From contig OZ251228.1 of assembly GCA_965240325.2 (NCBI GenBank), positions 930,001 through 994,000 of the forward strand: a stretch of DNA of 64,000 nucleotides. The letters run 5' to 3'. How positions within the stretch are numbered: the stretch's first letter is position 1; every line of letters begins with the position of its first letter. The notes beneath the pieces are model-generated. The model worked only from the letters and a program-made list of their open reading frames with translations. It ran no database searches and had not been told where the DNA came from. The position numbers and the translations under genes are program-made. The DNA comes from Rebecca billardiae RCC1528 (Eukaryota; Protista; Haptophyta). This document shows positions 63,311 to 64,000 of the stretch, in pieces.

Positions 63311-64000
63311 TCGACGCCCGCCAACTGTCACCGCCCATGAAGCCGTCGTCGCCGATGGCTGCGCCGCCGGAAAATTCGTTCAGCCGTCCGCCTGCGAGGC
63401 CTGGATGAGGGCTGCGGCCGCCTCGCGGCGGCGCGCCAGCGCCCGTCGTCCTCGCCCCACCGTCGTCCACAAAAAAAACCGACAAAACGTCGTCGTCCGA
63501 ACTCGCCGACTGGGCGCCGATGCAACAGCGCGCCGACAGGATGTGAGTAGTAGTATGGAATGTGGAGCCCCACTGTCGGTTGGGGAAGGCGTGTATCAAG
63601 CGGCATGACTGGGGTAGCTTATCACACAGAAGGCCTGGCCCTCACCGGGTCAGGTGATATGGATATGTGCCCCAGTATGGCGCGTCGGCCTCAAAGTCAA
63701 AGCCGGCGGCAGGGTTCTGACACTTCTGAGTTCTGTTGCCCGGAGGGTTCGCTGGCTCACCAGCTGCGAGGGCCGGGGCGTCCGGCTGTTTGCGCTTGCG
63801 GGCTGGGGCCGGCACTGGTGCCACCCCACCGCGTGTGTTGGCAATCAGGAGGCCCACGTCGTCCTAGATAAAGTACCTGATGTGTCCGTTCAATCATAGA
63901 ATGAGTCCTCCCCGTAATGGGCAGGCTGACAATGTTGATGATGTCTTCACAGTCAAGCCCAACGGCAATGCATGATGACACACGACGACACTGTACGACA
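63265..64000 (+). repeat. Start of the next tandem unit (segment Y without the copia insertion)
   Basis: Aligns to 52603-52917 joined to 55729-56146; base 64000 corresponds to 56146 (period 7854 bp). Confidence 0.93.

Overview
This is GC-rich eukaryotic nuclear DNA with GT-AG introns of the GTGCGC...GCGCAG type. It resembles an alga or protist, possibly a haptophyte, but that is an inference. Bases 1 to about 30.8 kb are a tandem satellite of about 225-bp monomers with higher-order repeats; the giant ORFs there are artefacts. The array ends at a perfect 32-bp palindrome followed by inverted satellite fragments. Next come a decayed RLE-type non-LTR retroelement and three head-to-head gene pairs: DCN1-like with a beta-propeller carbohydrate-active enzyme, MINDY4 with exportin-T, and mitoribosomal L27 with cyclin B. 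A nest of MITEs and transposon relics lies at 37-40.5 kb. The last 13 kb is a tandemly repeated unit of about 7.9 kb. It is bounded by TA-flanked 31-bp terminal inverted repeats (CAGTTTACTAAGAATAAGAGACGCACACAGC), has no visible transposase, and carries an intact 3-exon atypical protein kinase gene plus fragments of a second gene. It is a candidate gene-capturing (Pack-type) Tc1/mariner-like element. One copy contains a very young, internally deleted Ty1/copia LTR element whose empty target site survives in the sister copy.
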